Positions 29,781-40,800 of a DNA stretch of 64,000 nucleotides are shown here, one piece after another. Positions within the stretch are counted from its first letter, which is position 1, and every line of letters starts with the position of its first letter. Source of the DNA: Microcoleaceae cyanobacterium (lineage in GTDB: Bacteria; Cyanobacteriota; Cyanobacteriia; Cyanobacteriales; Microcoleaceae); NCBI GenBank assembly GCA_049647265.1, contig JBARXJ010000015.1:1-64000 (forward strand), read 5' to 3'. The notes beneath the pieces are model-generated. The model did not search any database. It was not told the DNA's origin and saw nothing but the letters and a program-made list of their open reading frames with translations. The position numbers were made by a program, and so were the translations under genes.

Positions 29781-30629
29781 ATGTACTGGATAACGGTTAA
29801 TTATCACTCAACTCAATTGATTCAGAAGTTAATCCACTCTATCTCTATCCAGCACCAGACCGATAATCGATTGATTATTATCAATAATTCTCCGCAAGAT
29901 GCCTCAATTTATCAGTTAAAATCTGACTTTATTATGATTCTGGATGCGCCCGGTAATTTAGGATTTGGAGGGGGATGTAATATTGGATTAAACTGGGTGT
30001 ATAAACAGGATAAAAATGCAATCGTTTGGTTAATTAATCCAGATACTCAACTTCCTCAGAATGCTATTTCAAATGCCATTAATATCACCCGTCAATATCC
30101 CCATTTATCGATCATTGGAACATTAGTCGAACAAGCCGATCAAAGTATTGGGTTAGGCGGGGGACTATTTAATCCGAAAACAGGCGAAATTTTACCTCAA
30201 ATTTATCGCGAGTTATGCCATGATCAATCATTAATTGCAATAGATTGGGTGAGTGGTTGTAGTATGATACTAAACTTACGTCATTTCACAACTTGCCCGC
30301 AATTTGATATAGATTATTTTTTATATTATGAAGATTTTGACTTTTGTCTGCGTTATCGTCAACAGGGTCATCAACTTGCTATTACACCGAATATTAAAAT
30401 CTTTCATCAATCTTCATCCATTACCAATCAATATCCTCGTCTAAAATTAGAATCTCAAATTTATAGCTATCTCCTCAGCTTAGAAAAATATGCCAGTCCA
30501 GCCGCCTTTTTATATCGCTTGATTAGAATTAGCTTAGTTTCATTAATCTTTATCTTAATCAATCCTCAAATAAGTCTACCTAAATTAAAAGGTGTCATTC
30601 GTTACTGGAAGCGGATTTTATACTCATGA
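29781..30629 (+). CDS. Family 2 glycosyltransferase
   Basis: GT-A fold with an NNS...D and DxD-like (YEDFDF) arrangement. 282 aa. Confidence 0.65.
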   Translation: MYWITVNYHSTQLIQKLIHSISIQHQTDNRLIIINNSPQDASIYQLKSDFIMILDAPGNLGFGGGCNIGLNWVYKQDKNAIVWLINPDTQLPQNAISNAINITRQYPHLSIIGTLVEQADQSIGLGGGLFNPKTGEILPQIYRELCHDQSLIAIDWVSGCSMILNLRHFTTCPQFDIDYFLYYEDFDFCLRYRQQGHQLAITPNIKIFHQSSSITNQYPRLKLESQIYSYLLSLEKYASPAAFLYRLIRISLVSLIFILINPQISLPKLKGVIRYWKRILYS

Positions 30630-30719
30630 AGATTGAAGTCATTTAGAGAATATGTTAAACTGACAATATATAAACTGTAAGTTGTATTAATTTCGAGATT
30701 TTATAGCGATCGCGTTTCT

Positions 30720-31025
30720 GTGCTGACAACTATATTTATTCTCAGCTTAGGTATCAGTCCATTCCTGATTTATCTCAGGTATAGGCGAGAGTGGGAAAGC
30801 CAAGCCAGACAACAACTTCAAACGGCGAGTGCATCCCAAGCATTCACCCGCTGGCAACGACCCAATTTACCGCCGGATGCAGAATATATCGAAGGCGTTG
30901 GGTATTTAATTGGTGATATTACTTGTCGATATAATGCACGTTCTTCTTATATCCGTTGTGCTGTCAATCCTGAAGGGCCTTGTAAAGATTGTCGTTTTTA
31001 TGAATCAAAAGAAGAAGACTATTGA
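30720..31025 (+). CDS. Hypothetical protein with C-terminal Cys cluster (C-x10-C...C-x2-C), conserved cyanobacterial type
   Basis: ORF with N-terminal TM helix. CRYNARSSYIRCAVNPEGPCKDC. Confidence 0.4.
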   Translation: MLTTIFILSLGISPFLIYLRYRREWESQARQQLQTASASQAFTRWQRPNLPPDAEYIEGVGYLIGDITCRYNARSSYIRCAVNPEGPCKDCRFYESKEEDY

Positions 31026-31182
31026 TAACTAAATCAGTATGAAAAAGAAAACTCAATATAGTCTGATCGGTTTATTAATTCTATTTTCTTTGATCTTAAC
31101 GACAGGTTATACTCATTTAGAATTAGCCGCTTTAACCGGACTAATTTTAGCTTTAATCTCTAAAGGAATGCGTCGTCGTCGT

Positions 31183-32820
31183 TTACGCTAACTTCATCAA
31201 TACATCCAAACTATGACCCAAAACTTGATAAACTTGCCGCTGTTCAAATAACAATAATAAATCTGAATTCACCTTGTTATTCAGGGCTTCTTGTCGTAAA
31301 ATCTTAATAGCTGTAATTGTGGGTAACCCCTGTTTATAAGGGCGATCGCCAGCAGTTAAGGCATCGTAAATATCTGCAATTGCCATCATTTGTGCTTGCA
31401 ACGGGATTTCATCTTGATTTAATCCCAAAGGATAACCCGTCCCATCTAGCTTTTCATGGTGTCCCGCAGCGATCGCTGGGACTTGTTGTAAATGAGTGGT
31501 CCAAGGAATACGCTTGAGAAACTCATAGGTATGACTGACATGAGACTCCATCACGATTCGTTCTTCTGCGGTAAGATTACCTCGTAATACCTGTAATTGT
31601 TGTAATTCTTCTGGGGTAATAAGCGGCTTCAATTCACCATCAATATCACGATAAATAAACTGAGATAACTCAATTAATTCAGCAAACGGTTCTTGATCGA
31701 GGACTTGAGGTTCATTAGCAATTTGCAATAAATTCCAATACTCACTCAGACGGCGAATAACCTGGTTAAAATGAATATCAAGCTGTTCGGTTTGTTGACA
31801 AAGGGGACAGTCTTCTGTCAAACGATGATCGTGGCTTGAGGCTTGTAATAATAGCTTATATTTTGCTTCAATTTTTTCTAATTCTAATCCCCGTTTTGCC
31901 AAAGCGAAACGATGACGAATAATTTCGAGTTGTTCACCGTATAGCTTTTTCGACTTTCTTAGCACCGCTTCGGGGACACCAATTTTACCAAAATCATGTA
32001 ATAATGCCGCGTATCGTAACTCTTTACGGTGGCTTTTATCGAAATAATAATCTCTTAAAACTCCACTATTAATCTGATTAACTTCTTCACACAGTCGAAC
32101 GCTTAATTCTGCAACTCTTTCAGAATGACCCGATGTACAAGGATCGCGTTGTTCAATCACTTGAACAGAAGCCTTGACAAATCCTTCAAACAGATATTCA
32201 ATGCTATCTTCAAGTTGATTTCGTTCAATCGAAACAGCCGCTTGAGAAGCCAGCGATCGCAAAATTCGTTCTTCCCATTCAGAAAACGCTAAAGTCGAGG
32301 CTAAAGTATTCTCTGGAGTCAGAACCGTATTCTTGTCAATTTTACGGTTAATTAATTGCAGAACCCCCAAAATTTCCCCTTGCAGATTTGGCATCGGTAA
32401 GATTAATACCGACCGGGTTCGATAAGAAATCATCCGATCAAAGCTACAATCTAGCCGATAAGGTTGATCGATAGGAAGATTATAAGCATCTGACAAATTT
32501 AACGTTTCTCCCGTCAGTGCCACATAACCTGCTAAACTTTTATCTGTAAGAGGAATAGAAAACTCACGAAACGATAAATCAGGAATTGAGGCGTTTTGAG
32601 CTGCTTTAAATAGTAACCTCGGCACTTGATCCCGACGATCAACAAGATAAACGCTGCCGGCATCACTGTTGGTAATCTCTCGACTTTTGGTCAAGATTAA
32701 ATTTAACAGGGTTCCTAAATCTTGAGTGCCGGACAACGCTGCACCAATTTCTAAGAGTTGTTCTATTAACTCTGTTTGTTCAGTTAACGCTTGTTGAAAC
32801 TCGCGACGTTCACACACCAT
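31183..32820 (-). CDS. GAF-domain HD-GYP phosphodiesterase (c-di-GMP)
   Basis: N-terminal GAF domain. HD motif (LLHDFGKIGVPE). GYP motif (HHEKLDGTGYPLG). Confidence 0.8.
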   Translation of the reverse strand: MVCERREFQQALTEQTELIEQLLEIGAALSGTQDLGTLLNLILTKSREITNSDAGSVYLVDRRDQVPRLLFKAAQNASIPDLSFREFSIPLTDKSLAGYVALTGETLNLSDAYNLPIDQPYRLDCSFDRMISYRTRSVLILPMPNLQGEILGVLQLINRKIDKNTVLTPENTLASTLAFSEWEERILRSLASQAAVSIERNQLEDSIEYLFEGFVKASVQVIEQRDPCTSGHSERVAELSVRLCEEVNQINSGVLRDYYFDKSHRKELRYAALLHDFGKIGVPEAVLRKSKKLYGEQLEIIRHRFALAKRGLELEKIEAKYKLLLQASSHDHRLTEDCPLCQQTEQLDIHFNQVIRRLSEYWNLLQIANEPQVLDQEPFAELIELSQFIYRDIDGELKPLITPEELQQLQVLRGNLTAEERIVMESHVSHTYEFLKRIPWTTHLQQVPAIAAGHHEKLDGTGYPLGLNQDEIPLQAQMMAIADIYDALTAGDRPYKQGLPTITAIKILRQEALNNKVNSDLLLLFEQRQVYQVLGHSLDVLMKLA

Positions 32821-32911
32821 AACTGGAGTTAACTCATCTTATGAATGCATTGTAGCGCAAGCCAGTAAAACTACTGACATTAAACCAATAATTTGTCCAT
32901 TGCTTTAAGAT

Positions 32912-33802
32912 ATGTCTGATAAACTTAAGTCTATTAGTATCGCCATTGTCTGCGGAACAGCCCTGCTTGCCGTTTGGAGTTTTATTGAACCATTTGTAAT
33001 TAATACCGAAGTTGAAACCGCCAATATTCCCAATCTTCCGCCAGCCTGGGACGGCCAGCAAGTGGCACAAATTACAGATTTTCAAATAGGACTGTGGGGA
33101 GATAATCGATCAACCGCCCGTCGTAGTGTCGCTAAAATCATTGAAGCCAAACCGGCTGCGGCGTTAATTAGCGGAGATTTTTTATATCATCCCGGTCAGA
33201 ATATCGAACCAGAAGTTGAAGCGGCGGTTGAAATCGTTCGTCCTTTAGTCGAAGCCGGTATTCCCACTTATGCGGTTTTGGGTAATCATGATTATGGCAT
33301 GAGTAGTCGGTCTGCCGCGCCAGAAACTGAAAACGCCCAACGGATCGAGACGGCGTTAGAAGCAGCTGGAATTGAAGTGTTAGAAAATGAGTCTGTACAA
33401 CTGCGTTTACCTGAGAGTAACGAATTAATATACCTAGTGGGTGTTGGTTCTTTGTGGGCAAAGCGGGATAATGTAGAGCTTGCTTTAAGTACAGTACCGA
33501 GTGATAGCCCTAGAATTGCAATGATGCATAATCCCGACACCTTTGAGCAATTTCCCGCCAATTCCGCCCCCTTGGCTGTTGCGGGACATACCCACGGGGG
33601 ACAAGTACGAGTTCCTGGTTTGCCCCAATGGTCATGGTTACAGTTCACTCAAAAAGATAAAGTCTATGCCGATGGTTGGGCAAAAGGGTATGGTGAAGCG
33701 GGGAACCAACTGTATGTTAATCCGGGTATTGGCATGAGTTATGCCCCCATTCGCTTATTCTGTCCTCCTGAATTAACATTCTTTACCCTGAGGGCTGATT
33801 AA
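32912..33802 (+). CDS. Calcineurin-like metallophosphoesterase (N-terminal TM)
   Basis: GDF/GNHDY/GHTHGG phosphoesterase motifs. Confidence 0.75.
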   Translation: MSDKLKSISIAIVCGTALLAVWSFIEPFVINTEVETANIPNLPPAWDGQQVAQITDFQIGLWGDNRSTARRSVAKIIEAKPAAALISGDFLYHPGQNIEPEVEAAVEIVRPLVEAGIPTYAVLGNHDYGMSSRSAAPETENAQRIETALEAAGIEVLENESVQLRLPESNELIYLVGVGSLWAKRDNVELALSTVPSDSPRIAMMHNPDTFEQFPANSAPLAVAGHTHGGQVRVPGLPQWSWLQFTQKDKVYADGWAKGYGEAGNQLYVNPGIGMSYAPIRLFCPPELTFFTLRAD

Positions 33803-33810
33803 TTTAATAG

Positions 33811-34842
33811 ATGAACATTCAATCTTTACCGATTAATATTAGTATTTTTGCGATCGCTGCGATTATCATTGCCGTGGTTGGCATCCGCATGGCAAAAGTC
33901 ACCGATGAATTAGCTGATAAAACCGGCTGGGGACAAGCCATTGTTGGGGCTGTTTTTCTGGGGGGAAGTACTTCTTTATCCGGAATTGTGACCTCGGTTA
34001 CCGCCGCCGCTGGGGGACATTCAGAACTTGCGGTCAGTAATGCTGTCGGCGGAATTGCGGCCCAAACTGCGTTCCTTGCCATTGCGGATATTTCCTATCG
34101 TAAAGCCAATCTTGAACACGCCGCCGCTTCTATTGCTAATTTAGTTCAGGGGACATTGTTGATGTCTCTATTAGCAATTCCTTTGCTAGCCGCAGCCAGT
34201 CCCCAGGTGAGTTTATTTGGCATTCATCCCGCCACAGTGATTTTAATTGTTGCCTATTTGTTTGGCCTGCGTTTGGTCTCTCAAGCCCAGGAAAACGAAA
34301 TGTGGTCACCCCGTCAAACCCAATTAACCCACGTTGAAGAGACACCCGCCGAAAAGAGTGATGCTAGCAGCAGTGGCTTAGGTTTACTTTGGGTCAAGTT
34401 CGTCATCTATGCTTTATTGGTATCCGGTTCGGGTTATTTAATTGCCAATTCCGGCTTAGAAATTGCCTCAGCTACAGGCATCTCAGAATCCGTTGTTGGG
34501 GGCTTATTCACCGCCATATCCACCTCTTTACCCGAACTCGTCACAACTGTCGCCGCAGTCCGTCGCGGGGCGTTAACCTTGGCTGTTGGGGGTATTATTG
34601 GCGGTAACTGTTTTGATTTGCTGTTGCTGGCGTTTTCGGATATTGCTTATCGTCAAGGTTCAATTTATGGGGCGATTGAAAATCATCAAATTTTTGTTAT
34701 GGCATTAACCATTTTAATGGTGGGTACATTATTGTTAGGGTTATTACAGCGAGAAGAAAAAGGGATTGGTAATATCGGGTTTGAAAGCGTGTTAATTTTA
34801 GTGCTTTATCTGGGCGGAGTGGGTTTATTATTTGTTTCCTAA
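33811..34842 (+). CDS. Ca2+/Na+(cation) antiporter, CaCA (YrbG-like) family
   Basis: Two alpha-repeat regions (GLEIASATGISESVVGGLFTAISTSLPEL). About 10 TM helices. Confidence 0.7.
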   Translation: MNIQSLPINISIFAIAAIIIAVVGIRMAKVTDELADKTGWGQAIVGAVFLGGSTSLSGIVTSVTAAAGGHSELAVSNAVGGIAAQTAFLAIADISYRKANLEHAAASIANLVQGTLLMSLLAIPLLAAASPQVSLFGIHPATVILIVAYLFGLRLVSQAQENEMWSPRQTQLTHVEETPAEKSDASSSGLGLLWVKFVIYALLVSGSGYLIANSGLEIASATGISESVVGGLFTAISTSLPELVTTVAAVRRGALTLAVGGIIGGNCFDLLLLAFSDIAYRQGSIYGAIENHQIFVMALTILMVGTLLLGLLQREEKGIGNIGFESVLILVLYLGGVGLLFVS

Positions 34843-34849
34843 ATCATTA

Positions 34850-36390
34850 AGTTAAGCCAACTATCATTTCCTCATCCTCTCTCCAATAGCAAGGGTTTGA
34901 CACTCCCTCGTCCTATAAGGACGGGGATTCTTCTCTCTTCGACTCAAGTTGCTGATACAGGTGAATCACCTATAACAGTAGCGCTTAAATCTCCAGAAGC
35001 GTAACTTCCGACGTGCCCCGTCGTACGATAGGCAGAATTCAGAATATTAATAGCTGCATTATAATCTCTGTCTAGCTCACATCCACACTCACAAATATGA
35101 GTTCGAGTACTTAGAGACTTTTTAACTACCGCACCACAATTAGAACATTCTTGACTTGTATAGGCTGGATTTACAGCTACTGTTACCTTGCCAAACTTAT
35201 TACCAAAATATTCTAACCATGTTCTGAATTGATACCAACCTGCATCATTAATTGATTTAGCCAGACAATGATTTTTAACTAAATTCCTCACTCTCAAATC
35301 TTCGTAGGCTACCATATCGTTAGATAGAATTACGCAACGCGCTAATTTGAGAGCGTGTTCTTTACGTTGCCTACTTATTTTGAGATGTTCTCGTCCTAAT
35401 CGATTAATTGCTTTTAAACGGTTGGCACTGCCAATATGTTTACGAGAAACTCTACGTTGATGAAATTTCAACCGTTTCTCACCTTGCCTGTAGAACTTAG
35501 GGTTCGGTTCACTATATCCATCACTATCAGTATAGAATTGTTTCAAACCGACATCTAATCCTACATTATGTTTTGTCGGTCTGGCATCAATTTTCACATC
35601 TACACTAATACAGAACTGGCAATAGTAACCATCTGCACGTCTGACTAATCTAACTCGCTTAATCTTTTCAACTGGGTAAAAGGCTAAATTCCAAGTTCCA
35701 ACTAACTTAAGCTTCCCAATCCCTTTCTTATCGATAAATTCAATATGTTTAGGATCTAAAAGCTTCCAGCCACTCGTCTTATACTCAACAGAACGACTTC
35801 TCTTTTTGAACTTTGGATAGCCTGTCTTGGAAAATCGCTTCATTTGGGGAGACCCCAAGACCGCGTTTTCCGCTTTCTTGCCGGGGATATTCCTTTTACA
35901 GTTTTCAAAAAAACGAGCAATAGCTGACCAGCACCGTTCTACAGAGGCTTGACAAGCATGAGAGTTTAGATCGCGGGCAAAAGGATACATAGCTCGAAGT
36001 TCAGTGTTGTAACGATACAACTCTTTTCTTCCAAGCCCACGATTATCCATCCAATATCTTAGGCATGAATTACGAATGAACTGAGCTGTTAATATCGCTT
36101 CATCTATTGCTTGATATTGATGTGGCTTCCCTTTTACCTTGAATTCGTAAACAATCATTGACGCTCGTTTGACTGGCGTATACTATTAGCTTATCAGGCG
36201 TAGCAGGTTTATGCAAGGATACTTAGGTTAATCGTCCTGGAAGGACGAGGCTTGTTCGCGTAGCGTCTCCGCTGCGGAGAAAACCTGCCTTCTTTGGTCA
36301 AAAGTGGCAAGCCATTTGTTAAGTTATATAACAAGGCTCGTAGATTAACTTGATCTACAACTTTTACGTTCACCCTACACAAAATTAAAA
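34850..36390 (-). mobile_element. Solo-tnpB IS element (approximate bounds)
   Basis: Flanking hairpins (CTCCCTCGTCC...GGACGGGGAT on the 3' side, TCTCCGC-TGC-GGAGA on the 5' side). No tnpA. HIP1-free. Confidence 0.4.
34944..36158 (-). CDS. tnpB: TnpB (IS200/IS605 OrfB) family protein, family 2
   Basis: C-terminal CSNCGAVVKKSLSTRTHICECGCELDRDYNAAINI. Related to the 61965..63227 copy. Confidence 0.88.
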   Translation of the reverse strand: MIVYEFKVKGKPHQYQAIDEAILTAQFIRNSCLRYWMDNRGLGRKELYRYNTELRAMYPFARDLNSHACQASVERCWSAIARFFENCKRNIPGKKAENAVLGSPQMKRFSKTGYPKFKKRSRSVEYKTSGWKLLDPKHIEFIDKKGIGKLKLVGTWNLAFYPVEKIKRVRLVRRADGYYCQFCISVDVKIDARPTKHNVGLDVGLKQFYTDSDGYSEPNPKFYRQGEKRLKFHQRRVSRKHIGSANRLKAINRLGREHLKISRQRKEHALKLARCVILSNDMVAYEDLRVRNLVKNHCLAKSINDAGWYQFRTWLEYFGNKFGKVTVAVNPAYTSQECSNCGAVVKKSLSTRTHICECGCELDRDYNAAINILNSAYRTTGHVGSYASGDLSATVIGDSPVSAT

Positions 36391-36391
36391 G

Positions 36392-36979
36392 ATGCCATCA
36401 CCCGTTGGACATACCTTAGCTGGAATTTGTGGATTTTATCTCGTGTATCCTCAAATCCCTAAACCTCAGAAAATCGCAGCCTTACTCACGGCTATTTTTG
36501 TTGCCAACGCCCCTGATTTAGATATTTTTGCCGGACTAATTTTACATCAAGATCCTAGTATTTTGCATCGACAAGCGACTCATAGTTTCATTGTGGCCAT
36601 TGTTTTGGGTTGTTTAATTGCTGGGATTATTCATCTTCTCAAGATTAAAAATGCCAATTGGATTGGATTGTGGTTTGCCGGATTATATGCCAGTCATATT
36701 TTCTTAGATTTACTCGTCGCTGATGGCGGATTTCCCTACGGACTGCAAGCATTCTGGCCGTTTTCACAGGATTACTTTATTTCACCTTTGACTATTTTTA
36801 ATGGCTTTGACTATGCTACAGAGGGTTTAACAATGATACAGTCAATGATGACATTTAATAATTTAATCGGTACTCTAAAAGAATTTGCTATCTTAGCGCC
36901 AATCGCTTGGTTATCTTGGGGGTTTGGGATGAAATCGCTTAACGAAGGAAGAAGGAAGAAAGAAGAAGGAAGATGTTGA
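36392..36979 (+). CDS. Membrane-bound metal-dependent hydrolase (DUF457/YdjM-like)
   Basis: Four TM segments with conserved His/Asp positions. It ends in a GAAGGAA microsatellite that encodes EGRRKKEEGRC. Confidence 0.5.
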   Translation: MPSPVGHTLAGICGFYLVYPQIPKPQKIAALLTAIFVANAPDLDIFAGLILHQDPSILHRQATHSFIVAIVLGCLIAGIIHLLKIKNANWIGLWFAGLYASHIFLDLLVADGGFPYGLQAFWPFSQDYFISPLTIFNGFDYATEGLTMIQSMMTFNNLIGTLKEFAILAPIAWLSWGFGMKSLNEGRRKKEEGRC

Positions 36980-37146
36980 ACAAACCCCATTAATACATTT
37001 TGAGGATTTGATAAAAAAAGAGTTTATATTGATCGCGTCAGAATCAATATACCCAGTCGTTCTCAACTCGGGTTAATCTTGTCAATCAAGACTCAAAAAG
37101 GGTGCATCTCAACCTGAATTATACACCCTACAACTGGGTAAAATAA

Positions 37147-37701
37147 TTAGGAATTATTGGATTGTAATTCATCTAATTGTGCTAACACTTCATCACTATG
37201 AATAATCGGCCGCACACCGAGAAATCTAGCTTTTAAAATACCATTGGGATCGACAATAAAAGTATGTCGCATCGAGTAAGGTTTTAGCCAAGATCCATAC
37301 TGTTTACTCACACTACCATCTGTATCCGCTAGTAAAGGAAACTTTAATCCCTCCGCATCACAAAATTCCGCATGAGAATCAATATCATCGGCGCTAATCC
37401 CTAAAATTTGTGTATTTCGATCTAAATATTTAGGTAAATCCTGCTGAAACCGACGGGCTTCTATGGTACAACCCGAGGTAAAATCTTTCGGATAAAAATA
37501 CACAACTACCCATTGTCCCTGATAATCATTTAAAGCAATTTCTCCATCTCCTGTATTGGTTGGTAAGGTAAAATTAGGAGCAGGTTGATTTAACGGGGGT
37601 AACTTCCCACCCAATGCTAAAGCAGCATCGGTAAACTGAAGATTAAACAGGGCAATACAAGCAATTAAGCAAAGACGAATGAAGAAGCGACGGGAGATCA
37701 T
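37147..37701 (-). CDS. Peroxiredoxin (Bcp/PrxQ-type, AhpC/TSA family) with signal peptide
   Basis: Thioredoxin-fold motif FTSGCT. The N-terminal hydrophobic leader suggests periplasmic or lumenal location. Confidence 0.75.
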   Translation of the reverse strand: MISRRFFIRLCLIACIALFNLQFTDAALALGGKLPPLNQPAPNFTLPTNTGDGEIALNDYQGQWVVVYFYPKDFTSGCTIEARRFQQDLPKYLDRNTQILGISADDIDSHAEFCDAEGLKFPLLADTDGSVSKQYGSWLKPYSMRHTFIVDPNGILKARFLGVRPIIHSDEVLAQLDELQSNNS

Positions 37702-37834
37702 TAATCAATTATTAGAACTATAGCAGTACAACATTAGTGTAAAAACGTTACATGTAACGTCTCTACGGGTATAGTTTACATAATTTTAACCCCAACGCGA
37801 TCGCCATCAGTATTAATCCCCCAGTCAATCGTGT

Positions 37835-40800
37835 TTAAATGGTTGCTTCAACCCCTCCAGCGGGTAACCCCACCACTTCCCCTTTCAACATCCGCTGGGC
37901 GGCTTCCAGGAGTTGTTCTTCTAAATAAGGCTTGGTGAAATAGCCTCTTGCCCCCAATTGATACGCCATTTGACGGTGACGGTCAGCGCCACGAGAAGTT
38001 AACATGGCGATTGGAAGTTCTGCCACCTGTGCATCTTTTTGCATCCGAGATAGCAGTTCTAAACCATCCATGCGCGGCATTTCAATATCACAGAAGACTA
38101 AATCACAAGGTAAGCCAGATTTAAGTTTTTCCCAAGCTTCTTTACCATCGCGGGCTTCTTCAACTCGATAACCGGATTTTTCAAAGGTGATGGATAATAG
38201 CGATCGCACAGTAATTGAATCATCCACAATTAATACCGTCGGTTCAGTCTTTTGTTCTATGGGTGGTTCTGGGAGAGAATCTCCAGCATCCCAAATCTTA
38301 CTGCGGAAGTCTCGGCGAATCCGACCCATTGCCAAATCAATTAATTCTAGAACATCCGCGATTCCCACAATCTGTCCATCCCCCAAAACCGTTGCCCCAG
38401 CAATGCCTACGGGTTTTGGCACAGGCCCTTCGAGTTGTTTAATCACAATTTCTTGTTCAACTAACACTTGATCGACCTGTACCGCCAGATAGTTTCCAGA
38501 CGAACGCAGGACAATCACTGAAATCATATCTTCGTCTGTATTCGTTCCGTAGACATTACCCCGACCCAAATGGCGGTTATAGGTGAGTAAATCTCGCAGA
38601 TGTCGGAAGGGTAATTTCGATCCGCGCCATTCTAGGGTTTGTTGGTCACCATCAATGATTTGAATCTGATCTTTGGGAACATCAATCATATCTTCTACCC
38701 CATCCATCGGAAATGCAATCCGGGCGCGATCGCTAATACAACATAACGCCCGTGAAATACTCATATTCAGGGGCAGACGAATTGTAAAGGTTGTGCCTTT
38801 ACCCAAGGTAGAATCTGTGGTTATCGTACCCCGCACTTCCATTAAACTGGTGCGGACCACATCCATCCCCACACCCCGGCCAGCATACTCATCGGCTTGG
38901 TCTTTCATACTAAAGCCGGGATGGAACAGCAAATCATAGATGTCGATACTAGACATTAAATTCGCTTGTTCTGGGGTAATCAAATTTTTCCGTAACGCTT
39001 TTGCCTTCACCTTTTCCGTATCAATTCCCGCCCCATCATCAGACACTGCAATTACCGTTTGGTTCCCTTGGTGGAACACCTTCATCATAATTCGACCCGT
39101 TGGGGGTTTCCCAGCCGCTTGACGGACTTCTGTGGTTTCAATACCGTGGGTAATGGCATTATTCACCAAATGAATCAGTGGGTCATGAAGTTTACCCAGC
39201 AACATTTTGTCAATCAGCGTATCTCGGCCTTCGACATACAACTCAGCTTGCTTACCACATTTAATCGAAATATCTCGCACCGGACGTTTCAGCCGATCCG
39301 CCTCTTGAGAAAACGGTTCCATCCGTGCCTTGGTTAAGCCTTCGCGTAATTGAGTCGTAACTTGGCGTAACTGCCGAGAGACTTGATCGGCTTCTTCGAC
39401 TAAAAATTCAATATCAGCCGCTGACTCTCGGACGCGCACCACCAACTCAATAATCTCTTGAGACAGCGTATGGAACGGCGTAAACCGGTCTAATTCTGTC
39501 GATTCAAACTCCAACTCATCATGGCGATTTTGGCTGTCTGTGAGGGCAGGTTGAGCAGGCCACGGAGACGGTTTACGATTCGACAGTAAAGAAATTTCTA
39601 ACAGACTTCGCTCATAAAAGTCCTGCATCCGCTGACCGACATCACTGAGTAGAGAGACTTGATCGAGTAAATTATCTAAGAACTGCCGCATCCGTTCTTG
39701 GTCTTGTTCTAAACTGTTGCGGTTGACAACCAATTCCCCCATTAAGTTACTGAGATTATCCAATTGCTTGACCGGGACTTTAGCAATCGGTTCGTAAATG
39801 GGGGCTGAGCGCTTCGGAGTCGGCCGCAGCATTGCCGCAGATCGATTGCCCCCGGGAGAGTCCTCAAGCAGCTTTTCTAACTCTTTAAATTCATCTTCTT
39901 CGCTGGTTTCACCCGCTGAGGTCGATTGATTTTCTGAGTCGGTTTCATTCAGAAGCTGATCGAGGTTAGCAAATAAATCTAAGTCTTCATCATTACCATT
40001 TGATAATGCCTGATTTGGCTGTTCGGAGAGGGATTCGTCCTGATTGAGTAAAGCGTCTAAATCGGTAAAATCGGCTTCTGTTGATTCAGATGTACCATTG
40101 AGAGACGTTTCATCAGGGGTATCTTCCTCCTCGATCTCCATAGTAAACAAATCCTCAAACGCGGTACTCATATCCGGTTGACTCATTTCTTCTTCTTGAT
40201 AGTTATCGAACAATTCATGATACAGATCATCACTGGTATCATTGAGCTGCGTGACTTCCTCGGCGGTATCCTCTGTATCCTGTGTATCCTCTGTATCGGA
40301 ATAAGTCGTCGGTTGTTCAAAGTCTGTAAACAGATCTTCAAAACTCATTTCTTCTGTGGCTGGAGTAGAATTTGTCACCTCAGTCGTTACATCTAAGTCG
40401 GTTGATAGACTGCTTTGAGACTGACCAATATTAAGCAAATCATCAAATTCATCTAGACCCGTTTCTTCATTAACTGAGGTGGGCTGAGATGCTGATTTTC
40501 GTTGAGCCGGTTGGGAACGCTGCGGTTGAGGTCCACGGGCTGAACGGCGGGATTTAGCAGTTGTCTCCACCTCTTCAAGCTGCTCGAATAAATCTAGGAA
40601 ATCTCGATCTGAATTGTCGCTATTTTGAGCGCCTAACGATTGAGTTTGATCTAAGTTTTCAATTAAAGTTTCTTCTTGCCAACTTTCTTCAATTGGACTT
40701 TCACCGTCAAATAAATCCGCTAAACTTTTAAGTTCTTCTGGTGGAATTTGAGGCCCACGAGATTGAGTATGCTCAAAGACTTCATCAGGAATAAATGAAG

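Noticed and set aside
38187-40396. Several 60-94-aa ORFs inside or antisense to the CheA-like gene, and similar small ORFs inside the MCP gene, alaS and other large genes
   Set aside because: They are nested in long, well-supported genes on the opposite strand or in other frames. They have no independent signals and are typical six-frame noise.
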